Of a stretch of 64,000 bases of DNA, positions 8,927-18,931 are shown piece by piece. The position numbers and the translations under genes are program-made. A model generated the notes under the pieces. It saw nothing but the letters and a program-made list of their open reading frames with translations. It had not been told where the DNA came from and made no database searches. The stretch is taken from the NCBI GenBank assembly GCA_963665295.1, contig OY762209.1, forward strand, positions 1,632,001 to 1,696,000, written 5' to 3'. Numbering within the stretch: the stretch's first letter is position 1; the number at the start of each line of letters is the position of its first letter. This stretch comes from Syntrophorhabdaceae bacterium (GTDB lineage: Bacteria > Desulfobacterota > Syntrophorhabdia > Syntrophorhabdales > Syntrophorhabdaceae).

Positions 8927-9622
8927 ATGAAAGAAAAACCTGTGACAAAGTATTTTTCCGTGGCATTGGCAGTGCTTTTCGCCCTTGTCGCCGGGCTTAT
9001 GCCGGTGGGGCCGACCCATGCCCAGACGGAACGGACGCCCGCGACAACGCGTCCCGACGGCGCGTCTCCCTTCGAAGGGATCAAGAAGACCTATTCCGAA
9101 ATCGTTACCCTGGATGCGAAGTTTCACCAGAAGATTGTCATTGCAAGCCTGAAGAAGGAAAGGGAATCGGACGGGGAATTCTTTTACAAGAGGCACAAGG
9201 GGTTTCTCTGGAAATACAAGACACCCAAGGTCAAATACTTCCTTTACGACGGCAAGTACATCTGGCAGGGTGACGAGGAAAAGCCTTTCGTCATCAAAGA
9301 GAGGATCCGGAAAGAGAAGACCGGGGGCACATTCCTCGACCTCATAGAAGACATAGCCAAGATGGATGAAATCTTCACGCTGAGGCAGCAGAGCCGCTCC
9401 GGCGACTTCGAGGTCCTCGACCTCGTGCCGAAGAAAGAGGGGACGGTTACCTCGGCGAAGATCTGGATAGACAAACAGAACAGGGTGAAAAAGATAGAGA
9501 TCCACGAGTTCACGGGCAATACGAACGCCATAGAATTTTCGTCCATAAAGATAAACCAGTCCATGGACGACGGGAAATTCACCTTTAGGCCGGATAAGGA
9601 GAAGGAGGTCGTTGAGAGATAA
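8927..9622 (+). CDS. lolA: outer-membrane lipoprotein carrier LolA
   Basis: Signal peptide, LDAKFHQ, FLWKY...YDGKYIW and C-terminal FTF; classic position after ftsK. Confidence 0.8.
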   Translation: MKEKPVTKYFSVALAVLFALVAGLMPVGPTHAQTERTPATTRPDGASPFEGIKKTYSEIVTLDAKFHQKIVIASLKKERESDGEFFYKRHKGFLWKYKTPKVKYFLYDGKYIWQGDEEKPFVIKERIRKEKTGGTFLDLIEDIAKMDEIFTLRQQSRSGDFEVLDLVPKKEGTVTSAKIWIDKQNRVKKIEIHEFTGNTNAIEFSSIKINQSMDDGKFTFRPDKEKEVVER

Positions 9623-9660
9623 CACGATGGAGGGAAATTCACTCTTTCACGGGGGTATCC

Positions 9661-10446
9661 ATGGCGCTCCATAAGGACGAAGCCATTGTCCTTTCCAAAC
9701 GGGCCTATGGGGAATCGGACCGGATCATACGGCTTTTTACCCTCACGTCGGGCAAAATATCCGCCATTGCGAAAGGAGCGAGCAAGAGCCGGAAACGGTT
9801 CAGCAACACCCTGGAACCTTTCAACCACATCAGGGTCGAGTATTTCGACAAACACGAAAAGGGTATGGTCAGGGTGGAGAACGCCGATATCGTGGAGACC
9901 AACAGCGGAATTGAAGCAAGTCTCAGGAGGGCGTCCACCGCGAGTTTCTTCACTGAATTTACGGACAGGCTCACAAAGGAGCGGGAGACCAACACCTCCC
10001 TCTTTTACACGCTGAAAGAAGTCCTGCGAGGGACAAAGGAGCGGGAATTCCCTTACGCCGATATCCTCTACTACGAGCTTAAGATGCTTGAAATCCTGGG
10101 GTACATGCCGAACTTCGGGGCCTGTGTCTATTGTGGGAAGGGCCTGCCCGACCACGTGAAACTATATTTTTCGAATGCAAGAGGCGGCATCCTTTGCCCC
10201 GCCTGCGTCAGGTCTCTGCCCCACAGAACCTATTCGGAGGGCACCATACCGAAGCTCGTCTCCGTGGGCAACGATCGCCATGGACCGTCCTGGGAGGTGC
10301 GTGACGGCGAGGGACTTCAGGAATCCGCTGCACCCGACGGCTTGAAGAGGTTCGAGAGAGAGGCGAGGGAGATTATGGAAGGCTTCATCTCATTCCACCT
10401 CGATGTCGAGTTCAAGTCATACAAGATATTGAAAAGCCTTATCTAG
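9661..10446 (+). CDS. recO: DNA repair protein RecO
   Basis: YGESDRII.LFT...GKISAIAKGA.KSRKRF; Zn finger CVYC...CPAC. Confidence 0.95.
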   Translation: MALHKDEAIVLSKRAYGESDRIIRLFTLTSGKISAIAKGASKSRKRFSNTLEPFNHIRVEYFDKHEKGMVRVENADIVETNSGIEASLRRASTASFFTEFTDRLTKERETNTSLFYTLKEVLRGTKEREFPYADILYYELKMLEILGYMPNFGACVYCGKGLPDHVKLYFSNARGGILCPACVRSLPHRTYSEGTIPKLVSVGNDRHGPSWEVRDGEGLQESAAPDGLKRFEREAREIMEGFISFHLDVEFKSYKILKSLI

Positions 10447-10543
10447 CCGCGCGCCGGACTTACACTCCTCCTTGAAAAAACAGACCTTTTCCATCTATTG
10501 CGCCTGTACCGCGACATGATTACTGTTGTTACAGGAGGTGACA

Positions 10544-10975
10544 ATGAAAAAGGTTCTGATAATAATATTTCTCGCGTTTGCGGCGGTTTTCGTTCATATG
10601 GCTGTCCAGGCGGACGACATACCCCGGATGACGAAAGAGCAACTAAGGGCGAGACTCGGCAGCCCGGACCTGGTAATCATCGATGTCCGGGTGCCTAACT
10701 CCTGGAAAAACAGCAACGACAAGATCAAGGGGGCCATTCGGGAGAACCCCATGGACGTACTTTCCTGGATCAAGAAGTATCCCGACAAGAACAAGACCTA
10801 TGTCTTTTACTGCAGCTGAGTGAAGGAAGCGACCAGTGCCAGTGTGGCACAGGATTTCATGATAGAGGGATACAAAAAGGTCTACGCCCTTTTGGGTGGA
10901 TGGGATGAGTGGGTGCAGGCGGGTTATGCAGTGGAAGGGGCTCACGTCGCCCCCTCTACCGGCAAAAGCCGGTAG
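10544..10975 (+). CDS. exported rhodanese-like selenoprotein (Sec at UGA 10817-10819)
   Basis: Signal peptide, IIDVR and IKGAIR motifs, then YCS-UGA-VKEATSASVAQ...VYALLGGWDEW, which completes the rhodanese fold after the UGA. Confidence 0.85.
10836..10850 (+). promoter_or_regulatory. candidate bacterial SECIS hairpin
   Basis: GTGCCA-GTG-TGGCAC stem-loop starting 16 nt after the UGA, with G in the loop. Confidence 0.6.
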
Positions 10976-11004
10976 AGCCTCCCCCTCTCGCACGCCTTGC
11001 GTGC
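10935..11004 (-). repeat. structured palindromic repeat, copy D (inverted)
   Basis: Reverse complement GCACGCAAGGCGTGCGAGAGGGGGAGGCTC-TACCGGCTTTTGCCGGTA-GAGGGGGCGACGTGAGCCCCTT matches the scaffold of copies A-C. Confidence 0.75.
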
Positions 11005-11224
11005 TGGGTGACGCTTGGACCTATGGGCTTGACCGGGTGCTTGGCGGGTAGAGCCTCCCCCTCTCGCACGTCTTGCTGGCGGGTGACACTTGGACCCATG
11101 GGCTTGTTCCCGATGGGACGGGTTGCCTCCCCCTCTCGCACGCCTTGCGTGCTGGGTGACAGTCGGACCCATGGGCTTGACCGGGCGCTTGGTGGGTTGA
11201 GCCTCCTCTTGCACGCCTTGCGTG
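10977..11224 (+). repeat. degenerate tandem repeat, 72-76 bp period, about 3.3 units
   Basis: Consensus GCCTCCCCCTCTCGCACGCCTTGCGTGCTGGGTGAC...GGACCCATGGGCTTG starts at 10977, 11053, 11125 and 11201 (partial). Confidence 0.8.
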
Positions 11225-11814
11225 TCGGGGGAGTGTAGCCTCTGCGCGGGCCGGGATATATCAGGCGGCGGACCGGAATCGGATTACACTCGCTTGATCA
11301 ACGAGTGGTTTGTGTTATTTACAGATGTCATACGCCGTGGTGCACGTTAAAATTTGGGAAGCCCGTATGGGTTTTCCAGGGAATTGTTGGAAAGATTGTT
11401 ATTGTTTTCAACAATTCCGACATTTCAATGGGCGAATCGGTTGGAATGGTGTGTGCGGTTATACGGTCGTCCCTCCTCCGGCGACGCTTGGGGGTCCGGT
11501 CTTCCCTTGTCGCTCCATGCGTGATCCGGGCACTTGGACAACAAATGCGACAGATATCTTGATAACCGGAAGATTGAACGGTATGCTGTACGTGAGACGT
11601 GCTGATACGGCATGTGAGGCGGCGTTGTTTCGGTGCGGGAAGCGCCTGCGGACGGCGCTTGAGGAAGAGATAGGGAGATATTGAGTTCGTCGTCGGCGGG
11701 TCCGCTGAGTCTGCATGGACGAGGCCCAGGGACGTTGATAGAGAAGGGTGGCTACAGGGTGGGAAACAGTTCGGAAGCAACTAAAGTCTTCGAATGGAAA
11801 GGTGACGTGGAGCA

Positions 11815-12084
11815 ATGGCAGACAACAACGTGATAGAGCTGAACAGAGGGAAGCAAGACCGGTCGGCGCCGTTGGAAGAGGTGCTGACGCGCATGTATAA
11901 TGACAAGAAACTCAACAATATATTGCATGAGCTCACCATGGCGGCAGATAAGATACTCCAGTCCTATGGCTACCAATATAAAGGGGAAGGGGACAGAGAC
12001 TTTGTAAAGGATAATACCCACAAGGTATTCCTGCAGTTGACAAGCCAGAATGTAAAGGTGAAGGAAAGTCCGGGACAAAAATGA
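11815..12084 (+). CDS. hypothetical protein
   Basis: GGAG RBS, protein-like composition, no recognised domain. Confidence 0.6.
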   Translation: MADNNVIELNRGKQDRSAPLEEVLTRMYNDKKLNNILHELTMAADKILQSYGYQYKGEGDRDFVKDNTHKVFLQLTSQNVKVKESPGQK

Positions 12085-12174
12085 ACACGCAGTTAAAGAG
12101 GCTCGCGTGGCCCACCGGCAGGAGCCGTAGGCGCACTCAGGTGTCCGGCAGGATGGATCTCTCCCTGCGCGGAC

Positions 12175-12849
12175 TTACGGGACTGATGTGGCGAGCTTCA
12201 GGTATTCCCACATATGTTCCCCGTAGTATTTGCCGCTTTCATCCTTGTACCCCTGTTTGAACCCGCGGGAGAAATCCACCCTTCCCCGGTTGTATGCGAT
12301 GGCCACGTAGACCATCTCCTGGTCGGTGAGGGACGTCTTATCCCGGCCGTAGGTGCGCCGCAAGGCGGCTTTCAGTTCCGTGATACAGACGGCGAGGCAA
12401 TCTTCGAAGTTGTACCACCTTCTTTCGAGGAAATAATCCGGGTTTGTCCTGAAGAACTGGATATCGTACTGGAAGATTCCGAAACCATGACAGAACTTGT
12501 CCTTGTTGGCCTTTGCGACTTCGAAGTACCGGGAGGAATATTCCCCGAGGGATTCGAGGGCCCCCCGGGCCACGGCAAACATCTCACCGCCCCTGGGGAC
12601 GCTCAAAAGGTCGGCCTTGTTCTTGGGGAAAACTGAACGCTTTGGCGAATCCAGCGTATCTCCCACACAGAGCTTCAAGACTTCCCCCGCAGGGAGTCTC
12701 CGGTACAGGTCTCCCCATATGTAGTAGGTTTCCTGCATGGCCACGGCAGTGAGGAGGTTTGAGCTGAATGGGGTCCCCCCGAGGGCCGTCGTGATCCTGT
12801 CCCCGAACTCGCCTTTAAACCAGGTAACGGCTTCCGTCATTTTCGGCAT
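12175..12849 (-). CDS. lysozyme-like putative peptidoglycan hydrolase
   Basis: AVAMQET (candidate catalytic Glu), HGFGIFQYD and AIAYNRG motifs of lysozyme/transglycosylase-like folds; GGAGG RBS. Confidence 0.6.
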   Translation of the reverse strand: MPKMTEAVTWFKGEFGDRITTALGGTPFSSNLLTAVAMQETYYIWGDLYRRLPAGEVLKLCVGDTLDSPKRSVFPKNKADLLSVPRGGEMFAVARGALESLGEYSSRYFEVAKANKDKFCHGFGIFQYDIQFFRTNPDYFLERRWYNFEDCLAVCITELKAALRRTYGRDKTSLTDQEMVYVAIAYNRGRVDFSRGFKQGYKDESGKYYGEHMWEYLKLATSVP

Positions 12850-12948
12850 GATGTCGCCTCCGCGTTTAATCCATACCCGCGACGGGTATGGTCCGATGCC
12901 ACAGATTATACTGCGTTATCCATGGTTGGGAAAGGAAATAAGGGGCCA

Positions 12949-15900
12949 TCATTCCCGCAAGGGGGGCTGTTTCTTCCTTTTCTCCTCGTACATAAGGATA
13001 TCCGCCCTGGAGATAAGCTCGTCGAGGGACGTGGGGGCATAAGGGTCGAAATGGGCAAACCCCACGCTCAGGGAAAGCCGGTACCTGGCCGTTCCGGTAC
13101 TGTTGCGGGCGTCGAGGCAATGATCCAGGCGCGCCAGAGCCTCTCTGTCTCCGTCGGCGCCGCTTATGGCGAGAATTGCGAATTCATCTCCTCCCACACG
13201 GCCGATAACGTCCGATTTCCTGAAGGTCTCCCGGAGAACGTCCGCAACTCCCACAAGGGCCGTATCGCCTTCCCGGTGGCCCAGGGTATCGTTGATCCAC
13301 TTCATGCCGTCAAGGTCGATAAAGAAGAGGACCATAGTCTCCTTCGCCCTTTCCGAGCGGTTCAGTTGCTGTTGAGAGAGCGTGAGGAACCCCCTCCGGT
13401 TGAACAGGCCCGTAAGCTCGTCCACGACCGACATTGTCCGGAGCTTCTCCTCCATCTGCTTGCGCTGGGTGATGTCGCGGACCATGACCTGTATGAACGG
13501 TTCGCTGCCCAGTTCCACCGCGTTGAGGCTCACTTCGGCATCGAAGAAGGTCCCGTCATACCGCCGATGTTTCCACTCGAAAAACTGCGGGTTGCCTGTA
13601 AGGACTGCCCGGAACCTTCCGTGGACGCTCTTCTTCGAACCGGTGCCATCGGAATGGAAAGGCGGAAAGAACCTGTGCGAGGTCTCTCCGATAAGCTGAT
13701 CCCGGGTGCATCCATGCACCTCGAGGGCCTTTGGGTTGCAGTCGACGATGACGTCTCCTTTCAGAAGGATTATGGCGTCGTTGGAGCTTTCAAAGAGGGT
13801 CCTGTATCTCTTTTCACCCTCCTTGAGTTTCTCTTCGGCCTGTTTCCGCTCGGTGAGGTCTATCACGATCGACCTCAGGCCGGCGAGCCTCTTCTCGCGC
13901 AGAATGGGTTTCATGGTGACGAGTCCGGGCATCCTGGTGCCGTCTTTTCTGAGGAAGGTGTATTCGACGCCGCCCGTTCTTTCTCCATGGAGCCGCTCTT
14001 GTATGTCCTCCTCCGCCCGGCCGCGGTCTTCCGGGGCGATAGTCTGAAAGATGTTAAGCCCCCGGTCAAGGTCGTCTTTCGTGTAGCCGAACCGCTTGAG
14101 GCCCATGACATTGACGAATGTGAAGTTGCCCTCTTCGTCGGTTTCCGCCACCGTCTCCGGCAACTGGTCCACGAGTTCCCTGAACCTTTTCTCACTTTCC
14201 TTCAGCGCGTCCTCCGCTTCCTTGCGCCGTGTAATATCCTCGATGGTGCCTTCGTAGTACGCAGTCTCGCCGTCCGGACCCTTGACTGCCCGGGCGCTCA
14301 TGGAAATCCAGGCGGTGGTGCCGTCTTTTCTGTAACTTCGCACCTCGAACCTCTTTACGACAGCCTCCCTGTCGAGGAGGCCCTTGAGAGCGTTATGGTC
14401 TTCGGGGTTTACATAGAACAGCGAGGTGATATCAGTGACGGCGTGTATCATTTTCCGGGGGGAATCGTACCCGAATATGGCTGCAAGGACGGGGTTTGCG
14501 CTTATCAGGCGCCCATCGGGGGTTATCTGGAAGATGCCCTCCACCGCGTTCTCGAAGATGCCGCGATACTTGTCTTCCGCCCGGCGCAGGGTCTCCTCCG
14601 CATTCCTCCGCTCGGTGATGTCCCGTATCCCTTGTATGATCCCCGCAAATTCACCTTTGTCGTCGAAAAGAGGAGAGGCGGTGACCCACATGTGGGCCCC
14701 ACTTCCATTATAGAGGGCGGGGGTGAACACCTCGGCATAAAGGGTATTGCCTTGTCGCTTCACGTAATCGTACCGCGCCTCGAGTTCAGCCGATTCCTTC
14801 GTGATGAGGTCCATAATGAGGGGGCCCGGTCTTCCATAGAAGGGGGTGGCCGCTTCGTAATGGTCCCTTGTGAGGATATCCCTTTTCGCAAGCCTTGTTA
14901 TCTCTTCCATGGCGCGGTTCCACGCCACGATCCTGTATTTCTTGTCCACCACCACAGTCGCATCGGGGAGAAATTCGATTATATCCTTAAGGCGCCTATT
15001 TGCCCTTTCCAGCTTCTTTTCGACCAGTTTCCGCCCGGTGATGTCCTGAAGGGTTACCAGTACCGATGGACCTTCCCCTATGCTGAACCGGACCGTGGAA
15101 AGGAGGGCTACCGCCTCCCTCGCCTTTCCTCCGACGGTGTGGAGGAGGGTGACTTCCACCTGACGACAGGGGCGGCCGGTTTCCATGGTCTCCATAATGG
15201 AGTTGCGTACCGGACATTTCAGGCAAGAGGGAGCGAAACCGCAGCCCAGCGGATCATCCAGGGTATAAGGGCAGCCCAGCGCCTCTCCCGCCCGCCGGCC
15301 TATCAGGTCTGCGGCGGAGGAGTTGAGAAAGGACTCGGCATATTTGTTGACCTTGTAAACACGTCGCTGTCCGTCCACGAGAAGCATGATCACGGGGGCG
15401 TTGTCGTATATGGCGGCCAGCTCCTCTTCCCTCGTGCGGACCGCTTCCCGGGCACGTTTCCGCTCCGTGATGTCCCGCACGATTGCCTGGAGAAACATCT
15501 CTCCATCCAGTTCCAGGGCATTGAGGCTCACTTCGGCGTCGAAGGGGCTGCCGTCGAAGCGGCAGTGCTTCCATTCGAAGAATTGCGGGTCACCCGCAAG
15601 GGCCGCGTTCATTTTATCGCGAGCCTTTTCCTCTGAGTAGCGGCCGTCGGGCTGGAAGGTCGGGGAGAACCGGTGCGGAGGTTGCCCGATAATATGATCC
15701 CTCGTGCACTGGAACTCCTCGAGCGCCCTGGAGTTGCAATCGACAAACACGCCTCCCTTCGCTACGAATATGGCTGAGTTGGCGTTCTCGAAGAGGGTTT
15801 TGAATTTTGTCTCACTCCTCCTGACCGCCTCCTCCGCCTCTTTCCGGCGCGTAATATCTTCGACAGTGCCTTCGTAGTATGCGACTTCACCATCGTTGCC

Positions 15901-17010
15901 CCTCACCGCCCTGCCGTTCATGGACACCCACCGTATGCTCCTGTCCCTGCGGTAGATCCGGGCCTCGAAAGCCGATATCCAGCCCTGTTCTTCATAGAGT
16001 TTTTTGAGCCGGCCCCTATCCGCGGGGTCTACATACATGTCCTTTTGCACGTCGGAAACCATCGTGATCATGTCTTCAGGGGTGTCGAAACCGCACATTT
16101 TCGCAAGGGCGGGGTTGGCGCCGAGGATTCGTCCCTTCGGTGTGGTCTGGAATATGCCCTCCACGGCATTTTCAAAGATGTCCCGGTACTTGAGCTCGCT
16201 GTCCCGGAGTTTCTGTTCCGCCACCTTACGCGCCGTAATATCCCGGGCCGCGGCGAATACGCCGATGACGGCGCCCGACTCGTCCCTGTACACGGAAGCA
16301 TTGTAGCAGACCGGCGTTACATGCCCGTCCCTGTGCCTGATCTCAAGCTCGTAGTCCCGTACCACCCCTTCGTCAAATACCTGTTGATACCCTGCTTCCG
16401 CCTTCCCGGGCTCCGTGAAGTAATTCGAAAAGTCAGTGCCTACGAGCTCATCGCGCGAGTACCCGGTGACCGATTCCGTTGCGGTGTTCACATCGGTGAT
16501 CCTGCCGTCGGGTCCGATGGTGACCAGAGGATCGAGGCTCACCTCGATGAGACTCCTGTTGTAGGAGCTTCTTTTGCCGGAGGCGCTTTCGGCTGCCTTA
16601 CGCGCCGTAATATCCCTCGCAATGGCCGACGCGCCCGTGATCCTGCCGTGGTCGTCTCTTATGGGGGACAGGGTCAGGGACACGGATATTTTCGCTCCCT
16701 TCTTCGTGAGGCGCTCGGTTTCATGGTGTTCGACCCTGATGCCCTGTTTGAGGTCTCTCATGAACCGGTCATATTCGGATTGTCTGTCAGGGGGTATAAT
16801 CATGGCCACCGATCTGCCGACAGCCTCTTCCGCCGTGAACCCGTACAAGTTCTCGGCCCCGGTGTTCCAGCTCGTAATGGTGCCGTTCAAGTCCTTGCTT
16901 ATGATGGCATCATCCGATGATTCGACGATGGCGGCCAAGCGGATGCGTGTTTTTTGAGACCCTTCGTGACGCGAGCGGTCGCATTTTGAACCCGGTTTTT
17001 CGTGAAGCAT
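12949..17010 (-). CDS. multi-PAS (about 9 PAS/PAC) diguanylate cyclase
   Basis: Repeated PAS...DIT.RK modules; [15 protein letters not shown]-site and GGDEF; GGGAGG RBS before 17010. Confidence 0.92.
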   Translation of the reverse strand: MLHEKPGSKCDRSRHEGSQKTRIRLAAIVESSDDAIISKDLNGTITSWNTGAENLYGFTAEEAVGRSVAMIIPPDRQSEYDRFMRDLKQGIRVEHHETERLTKKGAKISVSLTLSPIRDDHGRITGASAIARDITARKAAESASGKRSSYNRSLIEVSLDPLVTIGPDGRITDVNTATESVTGYSRDELVGTDFSNYFTEPGKAEAGYQQVFDEGVVRDYELEIRHRDGHVTPVCYNASVYRDESGAVIGVFAAARDITARKVAEQKLRDSELKYRDIFENAVEGIFQTTPKGRILGANPALAKMCGFDTPEDMITMVSDVQKDMYVDPADRGRLKKLYEEQGWISAFEARIYRRDRSIRWVSMNGRAVRGNDGEVAYYEGTVEDITRRKEAEEAVRRSETKFKTLFENANSAIFVAKGGVFVDCNSRALEEFQCTRDHIIGQPPHRFSPTFQPDGRYSEEKARDKMNAALAGDPQFFEWKHCRFDGSPFDAEVSLNALELDGEMFLQAIVRDITERKRAREAVRTREEELAAIYDNAPVIMLLVDGQRRVYKVNKYAESFLNSSAADLIGRRAGEALGCPYTLDDPLGCGFAPSCLKCPVRNSIMETMETGRPCRQVEVTLLHTVGGKAREAVALLSTVRFSIGEGPSVLVTLQDITGRKLVEKKLERANRRLKDIIEFLPDATVVVDKKYRIVAWNRAMEEITRLAKRDILTRDHYEAATPFYGRPGPLIMDLITKESAELEARYDYVKRQGNTLYAEVFTPALYNGSGAHMWVTASPLFDDKGEFAGIIQGIRDITERRNAEETLRRAEDKYRGIFENAVEGIFQITPDGRLISANPVLAAIFGYDSPRKMIHAVTDITSLFYVNPEDHNALKGLLDREAVVKRFEVRSYRKDGTTAWISMSARAVKGPDGETAYYEGTIEDITRRKEAEDALKESEKRFRELVDQLPETVAETDEEGNFTFVNVMGLKRFGYTKDDLDRGLNIFQTIAPEDRGRAEEDIQERLHGERTGGVEYTFLRKDGTRMPGLVTMKPILREKRLAGLRSIVIDLTERKQAEEKLKEGEKRYRTLFESSNDAIILLKGDVIVDCNPKALEVHGCTRDQLIGETSHRFFPPFHSDGTGSKKSVHGRFRAVLTGNPQFFEWKHRRYDGTFFDAEVSLNAVELGSEPFIQVMVRDITQRKQMEEKLRTMSVVDELTGLFNRRGFLTLSQQQLNRSERAKETMVLFFIDLDGMKWINDTLGHREGDTALVGVADVLRETFRKSDVIGRVGGDEFAILAISGADGDREALARLDHCLDARNSTGTARYRLSLSVGFAHFDPYAPTSLDELISRADILMYEEKRKKQPPLRE

Positions 17011-17139
17011 GACGCCTCCCATCGAGAACCGTAGGTATCGGCAATGGCCGGATAGGGTTATTCTACCCCTGAATCGAAGTCTTGTCAAACTGCAAGGAGG
17101 TCCTGGGTGAACTCCCCTGAAACGAGGAGTTCCCGGTCT

Positions 17140-18666
17140 TCAGAATGTCCTGTCCCCGCCCTTTTCGATCCAGTCAGGGAACCACCGGTAGTACTCGGGC
17201 GGGTGGGCCCTGTCCAGGCCTTCGTAGGTAGCCTTTGCCAGTTGTATCCCTTTTGTCGCCCTCATGAGTTTTACGAGGCCCTTTTCTTCCAGGGAGACGA
17301 GGAGCCTGTCGAGGGTCCCGTCGTCGACATCGAGCACCTCCTTCAGGTCGTCCCGGCTCATATAGAGCCCCGGATTTATCCGGTAATCCTCGGCGAGGGC
17401 GTTGAGGAGCTTCCCTTCATCCACTTCCGTCTCTTTCACGGCCCTTCCGGCAACAGGGACCGGCACGCCGAGGGTGGGATGGATGATCCGGCGCTGCATC
17501 GTGAAGTCCTTCGCCATTGTGCGCATTCCCGTGCGGAAGATTACGAGCCGGCAAGCCTCCATGGTGCCGCCGCCCATGTTCTCCACCTTGGATTGGCCCA
17601 TGATCTCCGCCAGGGGGTAGAAGGGGGTCACCGCGTCGCCGCCTATGGCCTGTATGGCGTCAAGGCTCGCCTGGACGGCGGCTTCACAGCAGAATACCTT
17701 GGATACGTTCGATTCTACCGTGATATCCCGTCCCAGGTCCCAGAGATGGGCGGTATTGTAGGTGGCGAGACGGGCCATCTCTTTCTTTATAATGAGGTTG
17801 GCTATCTTGAACTGGTTTTCCGGGATATCGACGGTGGGGCGGCCGAACTGGACCCTTCTTTGGACATGGGATGCCACGTTCCTGAGAAGCTCCCCGATCC
17901 ATCCTGAGACCATGGCGCATATGAGGGTCCGCTCGAAGTTGAGTCCCACGGTCATGACCCGCCAGCCTTCCCCCTCTTCGCCGACCCGGTTGGCGGCGCT
18001 GACCGGGACATTGTGGAAATCGAGGACGCCGTTCTGAATGTTCATGAAGCCCATCACTTCGTTGATCTTTTCCACTGTAAAACCCGGCGCGCCCTTTTCC
18101 ACCACGAATGCGGTGAGGTGACGGTAGTTCCCGACATCGTCCGGGTTGCTGCTCGTCCGCGCGTAGACCATGTACCTTCCCGCGACACCCGCGGACACGA
18201 TGAAGCGTTTCTTCCCGTTCAGCACGTAGGTATCGCCCTCGCGTCTCGCGGAGGTTTCGATGCCTGCGGCATCGGTGCCGGCAAAGGGCTCGGTAATCAC
18301 GATGGCCCCTATTTCGCCCTTTGCAATGCGGGGGAGGAAGCGCCGTTTCTGCTCCTCTGTCCCGTATTCCATGAGTTGTCTCAGTCCTCCGAGCATATTC
18401 CCCACGAAGACCCTGCTCACCCCCGGCATCCGGCCCATCGCTTCCGCCGCAATGCAGGCCCCTGTGGCGCCCAGTCCGAGGCCCCCGTATTCTTTCGGGA
18501 TTGCCGCACCCGTAAACCCCCCGGCGCCGATATCACGGAAGATGTCCCAGGGGAATTGCCTCGTCCAGCGGGTCTCGGCGTCCCGGGGCATCAGCTCTTT
18601 CACGAATCCTTCCACTTTTCCCGCAAACCCGATCTGTTCCTCCGTCCACCACGAAAAGTGTTCCAT
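17140..18666 (-). CDS. acyl-CoA dehydrogenase with C-terminal winged-helix-like extension
   Basis: IPKEYGGLG, ITEPFAGTD, LNGKKRFI and RVQFGRP motifs; extra ~120 aa C-terminus; AAGGAGG RBS. Confidence 0.88.
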   Translation of the reverse strand: MEHFSWWTEEQIGFAGKVEGFVKELMPRDAETRWTRQFPWDIFRDIGAGGFTGAAIPKEYGGLGLGATGACIAAEAMGRMPGVSRVFVGNMLGGLRQLMEYGTEEQKRRFLPRIAKGEIGAIVITEPFAGTDAAGIETSARREGDTYVLNGKKRFIVSAGVAGRYMVYARTSSNPDDVGNYRHLTAFVVEKGAPGFTVEKINEVMGFMNIQNGVLDFHNVPVSAANRVGEEGEGWRVMTVGLNFERTLICAMVSGWIGELLRNVASHVQRRVQFGRPTVDIPENQFKIANLIIKKEMARLATYNTAHLWDLGRDITVESNVSKVFCCEAAVQASLDAIQAIGGDAVTPFYPLAEIMGQSKVENMGGGTMEACRLVIFRTGMRTMAKDFTMQRRIIHPTLGVPVPVAGRAVKETEVDEGKLLNALAEDYRINPGLYMSRDDLKEVLDVDDGTLDRLLVSLEEKGLVKLMRATKGIQLAKATYEGLDRAHPPEYYRWFPDWIEKGGDRTF

Positions 18667-18840
18667 AGCCCTGCCTCCTTGAGCGATATGTCGGAACCTG
18701 CGTATCTCAATTATTGCATGCCGGGCGCTGTTTCGGTGAATGAAACGTCGCGCGGGGCCAGGTGTCATGGCCTTCCCAAGACGCGATAATCACTGAGACA
18801 GTATAGCAGAACGGTAGTCATGTGAGAAGTCTATCTCCGG

Positions 18841-18868
18841 CTTAAGAAATATACAGAAGGGACGATAA
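18841..18868 (+). promoter_or_regulatory. sigma-28 (FliA)-like promoter of the MCP gene
   Basis: CTTAAG-N14-GACGATAA, same geometry as 50903-50930. Confidence 0.55.
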
Positions 18869-18931
18869 AGCAAATGTACGGCAGGGACACCCTGGATTCC
18901 CGTGCAATTCCGCCAAAAGGGGGAGCACATA

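Noticed and set aside
10977..11224. Possible CRISPR array
   Set aside because: Conserved block is ~55 nt and degenerate, the variable parts resemble each other, and no cas genes or leader are present
12922..15636. 904-aa ORF on the + strand
   Set aside because: Antisense shadow of the multi-PAS diguanylate cyclase; no recognisable motifs, and such shadows are expected from GC-rich codon bias
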